The position numbers and the translations under genes are program-made. DNA of 64,000 nt from Torpedo marmorata (taxonomy: Eukaryota). The notes beneath the pieces were generated by a model. It ran no database searches, was not told the origin of the DNA, and was given only the letters and a program-made list of their open reading frames with translations. Of this stretch, positions 26,343-38,679 are shown piece by piece. The stretch's first letter is position 1, and every line of letters starts with the position of its first letter. The stretch lies in the NCBI GenBank assembly GCA_977017645.1, contig CDRNVU010000047.1, positions 310,001-374,000 on the forward strand, written 5' to 3'.

Positions 26343-27241
26343 TTACCTGCAATTATATCCACGTAATGCAAACAAATGCATCACCCCATTCTTCAGCTCC
26401 TCTCTGAACTTTCTCTGTGAGAGTGTGTAGATACAAGTATTGGTGCAGGTGCTGAGAAATTGCAACATGATTGAAAATTGTTGGAAGATATATGTCGGGG
26501 GACTGTAGTATCTGTCTTGGTAAAAATTATTCCGAACCGACCAATTCAGGTGAAATACTATACATGGAGTCCACAGTACAATAAAATTGGCAGACAGAGC
26601 GAACAATAAAATCATTGAATTTCTCCGATTCTCAGCCTCTGGATCCTTTTGATTCTCACGGTTGTTCCGCCAACGCCGACGTATTTTATTAACAGCTATG
26701 ATGTGACGGACTGTTAAAGCATTGAACAATACAAGCAGACCGATTGGCAACCAGGGTGTGGCGATTGTGCTAAATACCGTATAGGCTTTCCACAAAGGTG
26801 AAGCGATGTATTCAGCTTTGCCGATGCAGCGCCACGGCACCTGATCAATGATGACATATGGTTTCACTGCAAAGTAGCAGGGAACATGCCTTGCACAGGT
26901 AACGGTTGAAACAATTAATGTCACAATAATCGCTGTTCTCTCGGTGCAATAACGTTCCCTCAGCCTCTGACTACAAATTGCGATGCAGCGATCGAACGAG
27001 AAAGCCACCGTCAGCCAAACGGAGCAGTCAATGACTAAATGCCTCAGGACAAGAGTCAGAGCGCATATCGGAGTTATGAGCAAATAACGGGAATAAATGT
27101 AGATATTATTAATCTGATCCACTACAACAGCAATGACAACAACCATTAAATCAGTCACTGCCATTCCCACCAAGTAACGAGTGATGCATTTGGAGAGACC
27201 ACATTTTCCACGAGAGAGAATCACAATCGCCATTAAATTAC
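26343..27241 (-). CDS. Exon 2 of an intact GPR139/GPR142-like class A GPCR (spliced product 322 aa)
   Basis: Acceptor ttgtttcctctccttgaag|GT AAT TTA. Open frame with rhodopsin-family helices: GNLMAIVIL, YLVGMAVTDL, SVWLTVAFSFDRCIAIC, PWLPIGLLVLFNALTV, FIVLWTP, TCTNTCIYTLSQRKFREEL. 70+899 nt = 323 codons. Confidence 0.9.
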
Positions 27242-27295
27242 CTTCAAGGAGAGGAAACAAAGGTATGAGTCAACCGCGCCAAACGTGTGCTGTTT

Positions 27296-30200
27296 AACTC
27301 GTGGTGGTCACACTAACATGCCCGGTATCGTGGTGTATGGAAACTCGTGGTGCTCACACTAACATGCCCGGTATCGTGGTGTATGGAAACTCGTGGTGCT
27401 CACACTAACATGCCCGGTATCGTGGTGTATGGAAACTCGTGGTGGTCACACTAACATGCCCGGTATCGTGGTGTATGGAAACTCGTGGTGCTCACACTAA
27501 CATGCCCGGTATCGTGGTGTATGGAAACTCGTGGTGCTCACACTAACATGCCAGGTATCGTGGTGTATGGAAACTCGTGGTGCTCACACTAACATGCCCG
27601 GTATCGTGGTGTATGGAAACTCGTGGTGCTCACACTAACATGCCCGGTATCGTGGTGTATGGAAACTCGTGGTGCTCACACTAACATGCCCGGTATCGTG
27701 GTGTATGGAAACTCGTGGTGCTCACACTAACATGCCCGGTATCGTGGTGTATGGAAACTCGTGGTAATCACACTAACATGCCCGGTATCGTGGTGTATGG
27801 AAACTCGTGGTGCTCACACTATCATGCCCGGTATCGTGGTGTATGGAAACTCGTGGTGCTCACACTAACATGCCCGGTATCGTGGTGTATGGAAACTCGT
27901 GGTGCTCACACTAACATGCCCGGTATCGTGGTGTATGGAAACTCGTGGTGCTCACACTAACATGCCCGGTATCGTGGTGTATGGAAACTCGTGGTGCTCA
28001 CACTAACATGCCCGGTATCGTGGTGTATGGAAACTCGTGGTGCTCACACTAACATGCCCGGTATCGTGGTGTGTGGAAACTCGTGGTGCTCACACTAACA
28101 TGCCAGGTATCGTGGTGTATGGAAACTCGTGGTGCTCACACTAACATGCCCGGTATCGTGGTGTATGGAAACTCGTGGTGCTCACACTAACATGCCCGGT
28201 ATCGTGGTGTATGGAAACTCGTGGTGCTCACACTAACATGCCCGGTATCGTGGTGTATGGAAACTCGTGGTGCTCACACTAACATGCCCGGTATCGTGGT
28301 GTATGGAAACTCGTGGTGCTCACACTAACATGCCCGGTATCGTGGTGTATGGAAACTCGTGGTGCTCACACTAACATGCCCGGTATCGTGGTGTATGGAA
28401 ACTCGTGGTGCTCACACTAACATGCCCGGTATCGTGGTGTATGGAAACTCGTGGTGCTCACACTAACATGCCCGGTATCGTGGTGTATGGAAATTCGTGG
28501 TGCTCACACTAACATGCCCGGTATCGTGGTGTATGGAAACTCGTGGTGCTCACACTAACATGCCCGGTATCGTGGTGTATGGAAACTCGTGGTGCTCACA
28601 CTAACATGCCCGGTATCGTGGTGTGTGGAAACTCGTGGTGCTCACACTAACATGCCAGGTATCGTGGTGTATGGAAACTCGTGGTGCTCACACTAACATG
28701 CCCGGTATCGTGGTGTATGGAAACTCGTGGTGCTCACACTAACATGCCCGGTATCGTGGTGTATGGAAACTCGTGGTGCTCACACTAACATGCCCGGTAT
28801 CGTGGTGTATGGAAACTCGTGGTGCTCACACTAACATGCCCGGTATCGTGGTGTATGGAAACTCGTGGTGCTCACACTAACATGCCCGGTATCGTGGTGT
28901 ATGGAAACTCGTGGTGCTCACACTAACATGCCCGGTATCGTGGTGTATGGAAACTCGTGGTGCTCACACTAACATGCCCGGTATCGTGGTGTATGGAAAC
29001 TCGTGGTGCTCACACTAACATGCCCGGTATCGTGGTGTATGGAAACTCGTGGTGCTCACACTAACATGCCCGGTATCGTGGTGTATGGAAACTCGTGGTG
29101 CTCACACTAACATGCCCGGTATCGTGGTGTATGGAAACTCGTGGTGCTCACACTAACATGCCCGGTATCGTGGTGTATGGAAACTCGTGGTGCTCACACT
29201 AACATGCCCGGTATCGTGGTGTCTGGAAACTCGTGGTGCTCACACTAACATGCCCGGTATCGTGGTGTATGGAAACTCGTGGTGCTCACACTAACATGCC
29301 CGGTATCGTGGTGTATGGAAACTCGTGGTGCTCACACTAACATGCCCTGTATCGTGGTGTGTGGAAACTCGTGGTGCTCACACTAACATGCCCGGTATCG
29401 TGGTGTATGGAAACTCGTGGTGCTCACACTAACATGCCCGGTATCGTGGTGTATGGAAACTCGTGGTGCTCACACTAACATGCCCGGTATCGTGGTGTAT
29501 GGAAACTCGTGGTGCTCACACTAACATGCCCGGTATCGTGGTGTATGGAAACTCGTGGTGCTCACACTAACATACCCGGTATCATGGTGTATGGAAACTC
29601 GTGGTGCTCACACTAACATGCCCGGTATCGTGGTGTATGGAAACTCGTGTTGCTCACACTAACATGCCCGGTATCGTGGTGTATGGAAACTCGTGGTGCT
29701 CACACTAACATGCCCGGTATCGTGGTGTATGGAAACTCGTGGTGCTCACACTAACATGCCCGGTATCTTGGTGTATGGAAACTCGTGGTGCTCACACTAA
29801 CATGCCCGGTATCGTGGTGTCTGGAAACTCGTGGTGCTCACACTAACATGCCCGGTATCGTGGTGTATGGAAACTCGTGGTGCTCACACTAACATGCCCG
29901 GTATCGTGGTGCATGGAAACTCGTGGTGCTCACACTAACATGCCCTGTATCGTGGTGTGTGGAAACTCGTGGTGCTCACACTAACATGCCCGGTATCGTG
30001 GTGTATGGAAACTCGTGGTGCTCACACTAACATGCCCGGTATCGTGGTGTATGGAAACTCGTGGTGCTCACACTAACATGCCCGGTATCGTGGTGTATGG
30101 AAACTCGTGGTGCTCACACTAACATGCCCTGTATCGTGGTGTATGGAAACTCGTGGTGCTCACACTAACATGCCCGGTATCGTGGTGTATGGAAACTCGT

Positions 30201-32078
30201 GGTGCTCACACTAACATACCCGGTATCATGGTGTATGGAAACTCGTGGTGCTCACACTAACATGCCCGGTATCGTGGTGTATGGAAACTCGTGGTGCTCA
30301 CACTAACATGCCCGGTATCGTGGTGTATGGAAACTCGTGGTGCTCACACTAACATGCCCGGTATCGTGGTGTATGGAAACTCGTGGTGCTCACACTAACA
30401 TGCCCGGTATCGTGGTGTATGGAAACTCGTGGTGCTCACACTAACATGCCCGGTATCGTGGTGTATGGAAACTCGTGGTGCTCACACTAACATGCCCGGT
30501 ATCGTGGTGTATGGAAACTCGTGGTGCTCACACTAACATGCCCGGTATCGTGGTGTATGGAAACTCGTGGTGCTCACACTAACATGCCCGGTATCGTGGT
30601 GTATGGAAACTCGTGGTGCTCACACTAATATGCCCGGTATCGTGGTGTATGGAAACTCGTGGTGCTCACACTAACATGCCCGGTATCGTGGTGTATGGAA
30701 ACTCGTGGTGCTCACACTAACATGCCCGGTATCGTGGTGTATGGAAACTCGTGGTGCTCACACTAACATGCCCGGTATCGTGGTGTATGGAAACTCGTGG
30801 TGCTCACACTAACATGCCCGGTATCGTGGTGTATGGAAACTCGTGGTGCTCACACTAACATGCCCGGTATCGTGGTGTATGGAAACTCGTGGTGCTCACA
30901 CTAACATGCCCGGTATCATGGTGTATGGAAACTCGTGGTGCTCACACTAACATGCCCGGTATCGTGGTGTATGGAAACTCGTGGTGCTCACACTAACATG
31001 CCCGGTATCGTGGTGTATGGAAACTCGTGGTGCTCACACTAACATGCCCGGTATCGTGGTGTATGGAAACTCGTGGTGCTCACACTAACATGCCCGGTAT
31101 CGTGGTGTATGGAAACTCGTGGTGCTCACACTAACATGCCCGGTATCGTGGTGTATGGAAACTCGTGGTGCTCACACTAACATGCCCGGTATCGTGGTGA
31201 ATGGAAACTCGTGGTGCTCACACTAACATGCCCGGTATCGTGGTGTATGGAAACTCGTGGTGCTCACACTAACATGCCCGGTATCGTGGTGTATGGAAAC
31301 TCGTGGTGCTCACACTAACATGCCCGGTATCGTGGTGAATGGAAACTCGTGGTGCTCACACTAACATGCCCGGTATCGTGGTGTATGGAAACTCGTGGTG
31401 CTCACACTAACATGCCCGGTATCGTGGTGTATGGAAACTCGTGGTGCTCACACTAACATGCCCGGTATCGTGGTGAATGGAAACTCGTGGTGCTCACACT
31501 AACATGCCCGGTATCGTGGTGTATGGAAACTCGTGGTGCTCACACTAACATGCCCGGTATCGTGGTGTATGGAAACTCGTGGTGCTCACACTAACATGCC
31601 CGGTATCGTGGTGTATGGAAACTCGTGGTGCTCACACTAACATGCCCGGTATCGTGGTGTATGGAAACTCGTGGTGCTCACACTAACATGCCCGGTATCG
31701 TGGTGTATGGAAACTCGTGGTGCTCACACTAACATGCCCGGTATCGTGGTGTATGGAAACTCGTGGTGCTCACACTAACATGCCCGGTATCGTGGTGTAT
31801 GGAAACTCGTGGTGCTCACACTAACATGCCCGGTATCGTGGTGTATGGAAACTCGTGGTGCTCACACTAACATGCCCGGTATCGTGGTGTATGGAAACTC
31901 GTGGTGCTCACACTAACATGCCCGGTATCGTGGTGTATGGAAACTCGTGGTGCTCACACTAACATGCCCGGTATCGTGGTGTATGGAAACTCGTGGTGCT
32001 CACACTAACATGCCCGGTATCGTGGTGTATGGAAACTCGTGGTGCTCACACTAACATGCCCGGTATCGTGGTGTATGG
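27296..32078. repeat. 46-bp minisatellite, about 104 copies, inside the GPCR intron
   Basis: Unit GGAAACTCGTGGTGCTCACACTAACATGCCCGGTATCGTGGTGTAT in head-to-tail copies with only sporadic substitutions and no spacers. Confidence 0.98.
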
Positions 32079-32478
32079 GTGCCCTTTACTCTGATCCTCT
32101 TTAGGACAAGGGTGGAGTACACGTCCACGTTTACAGGTTGTTGTTTCAAGGCCCGTCAAATTGGGAGCGGGCAATTGGACACTGCGGAGCAGCGTTGTGT
32201 CTCCGCTCTCTGATCTCCCGGGTCTGTACCACATGATGCGCTCCCATTACAGCATCGCCGACTGCGCCACTAACGTTTGTTCTGGATGAACCAAAATAAA
32301 TTATACAAAAATAAATAATATGTAAAGATCATAAAACAAATACATAAAACCAGAACATTTTGGAAACATTCACCAGATGAGGCAGCATCTGTGCTGGGTA
32401 TCAGAACTACATTTCTGCAGTGCAGCAGGAAATACATGTAAAGGGAACCACACGGATAGACCAGCTCCAGGATCTTAC

Positions 32479-32548
32479 CAGGGATACCGACTGCTGCAAT
32501 TACAGGGAAGTAAATTCTCGCAACGTAGTAAATTGCTGCATATCCCAT
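32479..32548 (-). CDS. Exon 1 of the intact GPR139/GPR142-like GPCR
   Basis: MGYAAIYYVARIYFPVIAAVGIP + G|GTAAGA phase-1 donor; joins in frame to 27241 giving GIPGNLMAIVIL (TM1 GN motif). Confidence 0.88.
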
Positions 32549-32622
32549 TTCCTGTGTGAGTTCGCGGTTAGTAGTTCAGCATCTTCCAATTGCCCTGGTA
32601 TATCAGTGATGAATTTTACAAG

Positions 32623-32728
32623 CTCTTATACAAGAGATAAATCAATCCACGGAGACAATTAATGTGACCAACCCCTCCACCGCATCAGTCACAACCCACT
32701 GAACAAACTATTTTTGCTCATTGCGTCA
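32623..32728 (-). promoter_or_regulatory. Candidate promoter of the intact GPCR (TATAAGAG; TGACGCAAT)
   Basis: TATAAGAG at 32630-32623, about 80 bp above the ATG; C/EBP-ATF hybrid site TGACGCAAT at 32728-32720. Confidence 0.35.
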
Positions 32729-32769
32729 CAGTGATGTTAGTCGTCAGGGGAGATCACGACAACTAGTTT

Positions 32770-33025
32770 TACAAGCGTTGTACTGTTTCTAGCGCAGGAC
32801 GCTTTGCGCTATTGGCGCACCAGCTGCCACTGTTAGAATCCGGCGATGTCTGAAAGCAGTTTGCAGGTTCTTCTTGTGACCTGCTTGAGTTTTCTCCGGG
32901 TTCTCCAGTTTCCTGCCACCCTCCAAATATCTACGGAGCTTGCAGGTTAATTGGTGTATTTGGGTGGCACGGGACCGTGGGACGAAAGGGGCGGTTAACG
33001 TCCTGTACCTCAATATTAGAAAAAT
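32770..33025 (+). mobile_element. Degenerate V-SINE
   Basis: Similar to 40838-41090 (gcaggttaattgg, ctccggg...ctccagtttcctgccacc, tail). Confidence 0.6.
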
Positions 33026-33089
33026 AATCAGTTTTGGAAATGGAACGTTGAAATTCTCAGTTGTGTGATTCCATGATCGAACAACAAAA

Positions 33090-35015
33090 ATAGAAAGACT
33101 TGTAGAGTATATGAGTTACTTGGACGCAATCACAGCTCGGAGTCAGGAAGATGTTAGCTGGGTGACAGTCAGGAGTGGGAAAGGGAACATGTTGTCAGTG
33201 TCGGGTACTTCAGTGGCCGCTTCTGTCAATAACACATACTCTTTGGACACTGTTTAGGGGGACGACCCACCAGGGTCAAGCCTCAGCGGTCAGGTATCTC
33301 GCATGGCGTCTGGATTTGTGGAATGAGGGGGAGGAGCAGAGGTCAGGTGTGGTAATAGGCGATTTGATAGCCAGGGGAACATACAAGAGGTTGTGCGGAA
33401 GAGGTAGAGAATCCAGGATGGTATGTTGCCTCCTGCCTGATGCCAGCGTCCGGGGCATTTTCCAGGGGGAGAAGGAACAGTCATTTATGAAGGTCCATGT
33501 AGGGACTACTGTCGTGCGGAAAAAGGATGACGCTGTCCTGCAAAGAAAGTTCAGAGAATTAGGCTCTGAGGTGAAGGACAGGACATTCAGGATTGAAATC
33601 TTAGTGTTGCCGCCGGTGTCACGTGCTAGTGAGATGAGCCAATGGAGAATAATACAGCCTCGCTTAACTGATTGTGCAGTAGGTAAGGCTTCATATTTAT
33701 GCATCATTGGGCTCTCTTCCAGGGTACCTGTGACCTTTACTGGCGGGAAATTTTGTTGGTGCTTTTTCGGATGTGTGTGTGTTAATTTATGCATTGGGGT
33801 GGTATCCAGAGCCCGAGAGCTTATAGTGGCGGGGAAGGGAAATATGATGTTCAGACTGCATTAAAACATAAATTAAAGATTTGTGCGTGGTGGAAAACAT
33901 GTTCGAAGCTGCATCTCCTTCAAAAAACGTACCGTGGGAGTAGGCTAATGGGGTGTACATTGGGCGGAACGGACTCGTGGCCTGAAATGGCATGTTACCG
34001 TGCTGTATGTACAAATTAAATTTAAAAATGCAAGGTGTGATGACGAACTTAGAGCATGGATTGGCACATGGAATTATTACATTGTGTCTACTCTATTGTA
34101 GACCACAATTTGTCAGTGAAAATTGGAGGAATATATCTGCCGAGAATTAGCAAATATCTGCGGGAAAGATAAAGACGTAATAGTAGGTGCATTTAACTTT
34201 CCACATCGCAACAGAGGTTCCCATACTTTATAGTTAGTGAAATGTGTTCATGAATGTTTTCCTAATCAATACGCAGACGTAACAAACAGAGAGAGTGCAA
34301 TACTGCAATAAGGGCCGAAGCAGGACAGGTGACACAAGAATGTGCAGCGGAACACTTCGTGGCATTGATCATAATGCCGCATGTTTTAAGCTAAATATGG
34401 ATAAGGACTGGTCCTCGGTTTAATATTCTAAATTGCAGATAGTCATTTTTTTAGGAATGGAGCAGGGATCGATGAGCGTGGATTCTCAAAACTGGTTTTC
34501 TGGTAAGTCTGTGCTCGGTATTGGAAGGCCTTGAATAAACACATTTTGAGAATATCGAGTTTGTATGTACCTTTCAGGAATAACTGCAAAGTTAAAAGGA
34601 TATTGGGGATCTGTTTTGGGTGAAGAGAGAGCTGTACAACTGGTAAATGCAACCAGGTGCAAATGAGGTGCTTGAGAAGTATAAAATGCCAGAATAAAGT
34701 AAAAAGGAAATCAGGACTAAACAAAGACATGAGGTTGATTTGGTATAAAATGTGATGGAGAATCCAACGGGCTTCTCAGAGATATTACGAGAAAAATAAT
34801 AATAAATATCCAAATTAGACCTCTTCATAAGTCGCCGGCTGTGTATGGAGCCAGAAGAGATGCGGAGACCAGAAATGGGTTTTTGCATATGGATTTAGCC
34901 GGGAAGCAGACACATAATCTTAGAAAGTAAGGTAAATAAAAAAAGGAAATGAGTTAATTGAACCCATACATAATAATAGAAATGGGTACTTGATGTCGTC
35001 GGGGGCTAGTGTATA
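33090..35015 (+). mobile_element. CR1 LINE ORF1 SGNH esterase plus ORF2 fragments (SINE tail inserted about 33890-34030)
   Basis: VVIGDLIARG...RESRMVCCLLPDASVR...VHVGTT resembles the esterase of CR1 ORF1; decayed endonuclease follows. Confidence 0.7.
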
Positions 35016-35017
35016 AA

Positions 35018-35155
35018 NNNNNNNNNNNNNNNNNNNNNNNNNNNNNNNNNNNNNNNNNNNNNNNNNNNNNNNNNNNNNNNNNNNNNNNNNNNNNNNNNNN
35101 NNNNNNNNNNNNNNNNNNNNNNNNNNNNNNNNNNNNNNNNNNNNNNNNNNNNNNN
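35018..35155. other. Assembly gap (N run)
   Basis: Run of N. Confidence 1.
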
Positions 35156-36485
35156 TGTGTTGACGGGGGATTGGAGAGAAGCTCATGATGTTCTGTTATT
35201 TGAAACGGTTACAAAATTACAGGAAATTATAGGCAGTGACAAGGAATTGCTGATTTAACCAGAGGCTACGTGTCAGAATTAACTGCTGGTTTGAAAGCGT
35301 TTGTTAAACTAACGTTCTTTGTTGCACTAATGCATCAAAAGGACGATCTCTATCCCTGCCCATCTTACAACTATAATCATTCATATATTTCTACACTAAT
35401 GCATCATAGATTAGTAGAAATAAAGTTTACCTGAACCATGAAGCACCAGAAAATATACTTTAAACAACTCAACCAGTCACTTTCTCCAGAACGACAACAT
35501 TTCGTTTACAGGTTCTGCCCACACACGGCCACACAGCGATCAACAGTGCTAGTGACGGTGAACCAAACAGTACAGTCAGTGGCGGCATAAAGCAGGAAAC
35601 CGTGGTATCGACACACGCGGACGTGATAAACGAACTCCCAAACCTTCGGGTAACCAGTCGGGATATTCTCCAAAATTACATCGTCTCACTGTCTTCACCT
35701 CAGCACTCCTTGAGGAGTCGGGGAATAAGGCATTCACCAGGATTCTAATTTTTGAAGCTTTAGGTGTTTCAGTCACCATGGAAATGTGACAATTTAATGG
35801 TTACGGTTTGGTAACTTTTACTCATATTGCTGAAAGAACATCTTTTGTTTCTTCAGACACTTAATTTGAGTATTATTAAGAGGAATCTTCAAGCTAAACA
35901 CAGATCTTGTTTGAAATGCTTAATAAACTTCCTAGAGTTTCATGATGTGATAGTTTATACCCGTTACAGTCGGCCATAATCCTTCCTATCGCTTCCGATT
36001 TTATGAAATAAAATCTAGATATTTCTCCGATATTGTTCAGCATTGCATCTGAGTCAGCCAACTTATTCAAGGCCACGACTGCAATGAAATCTCAACATGG
36101 GAGGTAAGAAGAATTGAACGGACGGGCACGTTTCCTATCTCAAAGTGATGAGACAATTGTCACATCGATCTCATGAAGACATTTATGAGAGTTCCCGTGG
36201 TGCTGGCGGCACATAACCCTCAGCCAACACAATGAAATCCTCTGTTTGTTACAATGATGCTGATGATTCGATACGTCGAATTTCATCCTGCTCAGCTAGA
36301 CGTTAAATATCGATTAGCATCGCTGCTTGTGGGCGTTAGAATGATTGGATTTACCAATGCTCCAGTAGTTCATCTGTTTAAAAGCTGGAGGACTCTACAA
36401 AAACCAATTTAACTACGTGTTTACGCATTAAATTCAATTGTCTTCTGTGTTTTTTTCACAATGCGACTGTCTGTTTCTTCCTCAG

Positions 36486-37449
36486 TAAACCTGGTGACAA
36501 TCGTCATTTTCCGCCGAGGAAACTGAGGTCTCTCCAGGTGTATCGCCCGCTATCTGGTGGCGATGGCTGCGGCGGATCTTATGGTGGTGATTATTCAAGT
36601 CCTGCTCTACCCGGAGATTCAAGCAAACCGATTCGATTTCAGGACTTCTGAATCAATTTTATACAACATATTCATCCTCCTTGACAAAGCTCCGTCCTAC
36701 CTTGTGGGCTGTGTCCTGAGTCACTTCATTGTTGATTGTTCCTTGTGGTTCGCGGTTGCTTTATCTTTCGATCGCTTTGTGGCGATTTGCTGGCCGGAGG
36801 TCAAGCCAAAATACTGCACTGCAAAACAAAATACGCGTGTGGTTATTGGCAAAATATGTATCGCATTCTGTTTAAAGAACATTCCTTTTTATTTTGTGCA
36901 TATAGGATCATCACGTGAGTCTGGAGAAGGGGATTGGATGTGGAACGGTAGACCAGTTCTTCCTATGACGGGAATATTTGATGGATTTTTTGGTGGACCG
37001 GATGTTGAAACCGCTACTCCCTCTCTTCCTCATTTTAACCCTCATTGCACTGACTGTCAGACAGATACTGGATGCGAGCAGAGTCCGAAGGGGGCTCCGG
37101 GGGCAGAGATATACCGAGAAATAACGGGCCCCCGGGATGGAGACCTGGAGACAATATACCATTCCGCTCTTCACCCTGTCGGCGAGTTTCCTTCTCTGCT
37201 GGGCGATAACACCGTGATCGTCATTCTCCGGCGCTGCCTCTACACGGAATGGAAACCTCCATGCGCCTTTACCGCGCAGATCGGGTGGGGTCTGTGATTC
37301 AGATTTTAAGATGCTGCACCAACACGTTGATTTACTGAGTGACCCAGAGAAAATTCAGAGAGCAACTGTTGATTGCGCTGCTCTCTCCGTTCATATGCCT
37401 GTTGCAATGGTCAGGCAGCTTACCTCGCGCGGGTGAACGTGTAAAGTAA
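36486..37449 (+). pseudogene. Disabled exon 2 of a GPR139/GPR142-like GPCR
   Basis: Acceptor ttcttcctcag|TA AAC CTG gives NLVTIVIFRRGN*GLSRCIARYLVAMAAADL, SLWFAVALSFDRFVAIC, PLLPLFLILTLIALTVRQI, NTLIY*VTQRKFREQL. TGA at 36524, frameshifts after about 36900 and further stops. Confidence 0.85.
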
Positions 37450-37639
37450 TTTTACATTTTCCCCTGAACACGATACCAGTTCACAATCACGGGTGAATAC
37501 TCTCACGCAACATTATTAGATGTATACATAGATTAGAAAGTTTTCTTGCACACAAAGAAGCAATTTTACTCTATGTCTTTGAAACCTATGTTCATGGTAT
37601 ACTAAGCACTGCCCTCCTGCGTTAATCTGCATCTTTCAA

Positions 37640-38678
37640 TGCACGTTGATAGCCAGACGAGCAATTTTATTGAAATGGAAAGAAGATTCTTCGCCGACTC
37701 ATGCACAGTGGTTACACGATGTAATGCATTATTTAATCTTATACAAAATTAGATATAACATTAAAGACAATAACCTTCAATTTGATGATATCTGGGGCCA
37801 AATCATGGAATATTATCACGATTGGAAGATTTAAGAAGTTTGGATGCTCCGAGGATTCTCGGTATAGTGTCTGAAGGTCCCTATTTGATCGATATTTGTA
37901 CCTTTTGTACAATGGCAAACTTGATTAGAGGAAGGGGTTAGATTAGAATTAGGTTAGTTTTGGGTTTGTTGTTGGACATTTTTTATTTTCATATAATTTT
38001 TACTTTCTTTTTGTCCTTTTTTGTACTAATTAGGAAATGGGTTTAATTATGTCTGTTACTGTTTATTTTAAATCAAACAGAATTTAACTTCGGTTTATAT
38101 GGAAGATAGTTATATGTATAACCATATAACCATATAACAATTACAGCACAGAAACAGGCCAGTTCAGCCCGTCTAGTCAATGCCGAACACCTTCTCCCAC
38201 CTAGTCCCACTGACCCGCACCCGGCCCATAACCCTCCACACCTCTCTCGTCCATATACCTATCCAACGTTTCCTTACACATTAAAATTGATCCTGCATCT
38301 ACTACTTCGGCCAGAAGCTTGTTCCACAATCCCACCACTCTCTGATTGAAGAAATTCCCTCTCATGTTTCCTCCAAACTTTTTCTCCCTTCAATCTCAAT
38401 CCATGCCCTCTTGTTTGAATCTTCCCCACTCTCAATGGAAAAAGCCTGTCCACGTTGACTCTATCTGTCCCCTTCAGAATTTTAAATACCTCTATCAAAT
38501 CACCCCTCAACCTTCTACGCTCCAGGGAATAAAGTCCCAGCTGCTCAACCTTTCCCTGTATATTTGTTCCAATATGTTATTTTACATGTGTATGAAAAGA
38601 TTTGTTATCTGTTTATTACAGATTATGTATGTATGATATATGTTCAACTCAATAAAAATATTTTAAAAAGAAAAGAAA
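37640..38678 (+). mobile_element. L1 3' end with A tail, interrupted by a minus-strand CR1 3' end (38120-38558)
   Basis: IARRAILLKWKEDSSPTHAQWLHDVM; AATAAA plus A-rich tail 38650-38678; CR1 ORF 38274-38510. Confidence 0.8.
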
Positions 38679-38679
38679 A

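Noticed and set aside
27296-32078. CRISPR-like array
   Set aside because: Units are contiguous with no unique spacers, there are no cas genes, and the context is a vertebrate intron.
36524-36526. In-frame TGA at a conserved Cys (RGKCGLS in the paralog) as selenocysteine or readthrough
   Set aside because: The same exon has frameshifts and further TAA/TGA stops, so this is an ordinary nonsense mutation in a pseudogene.
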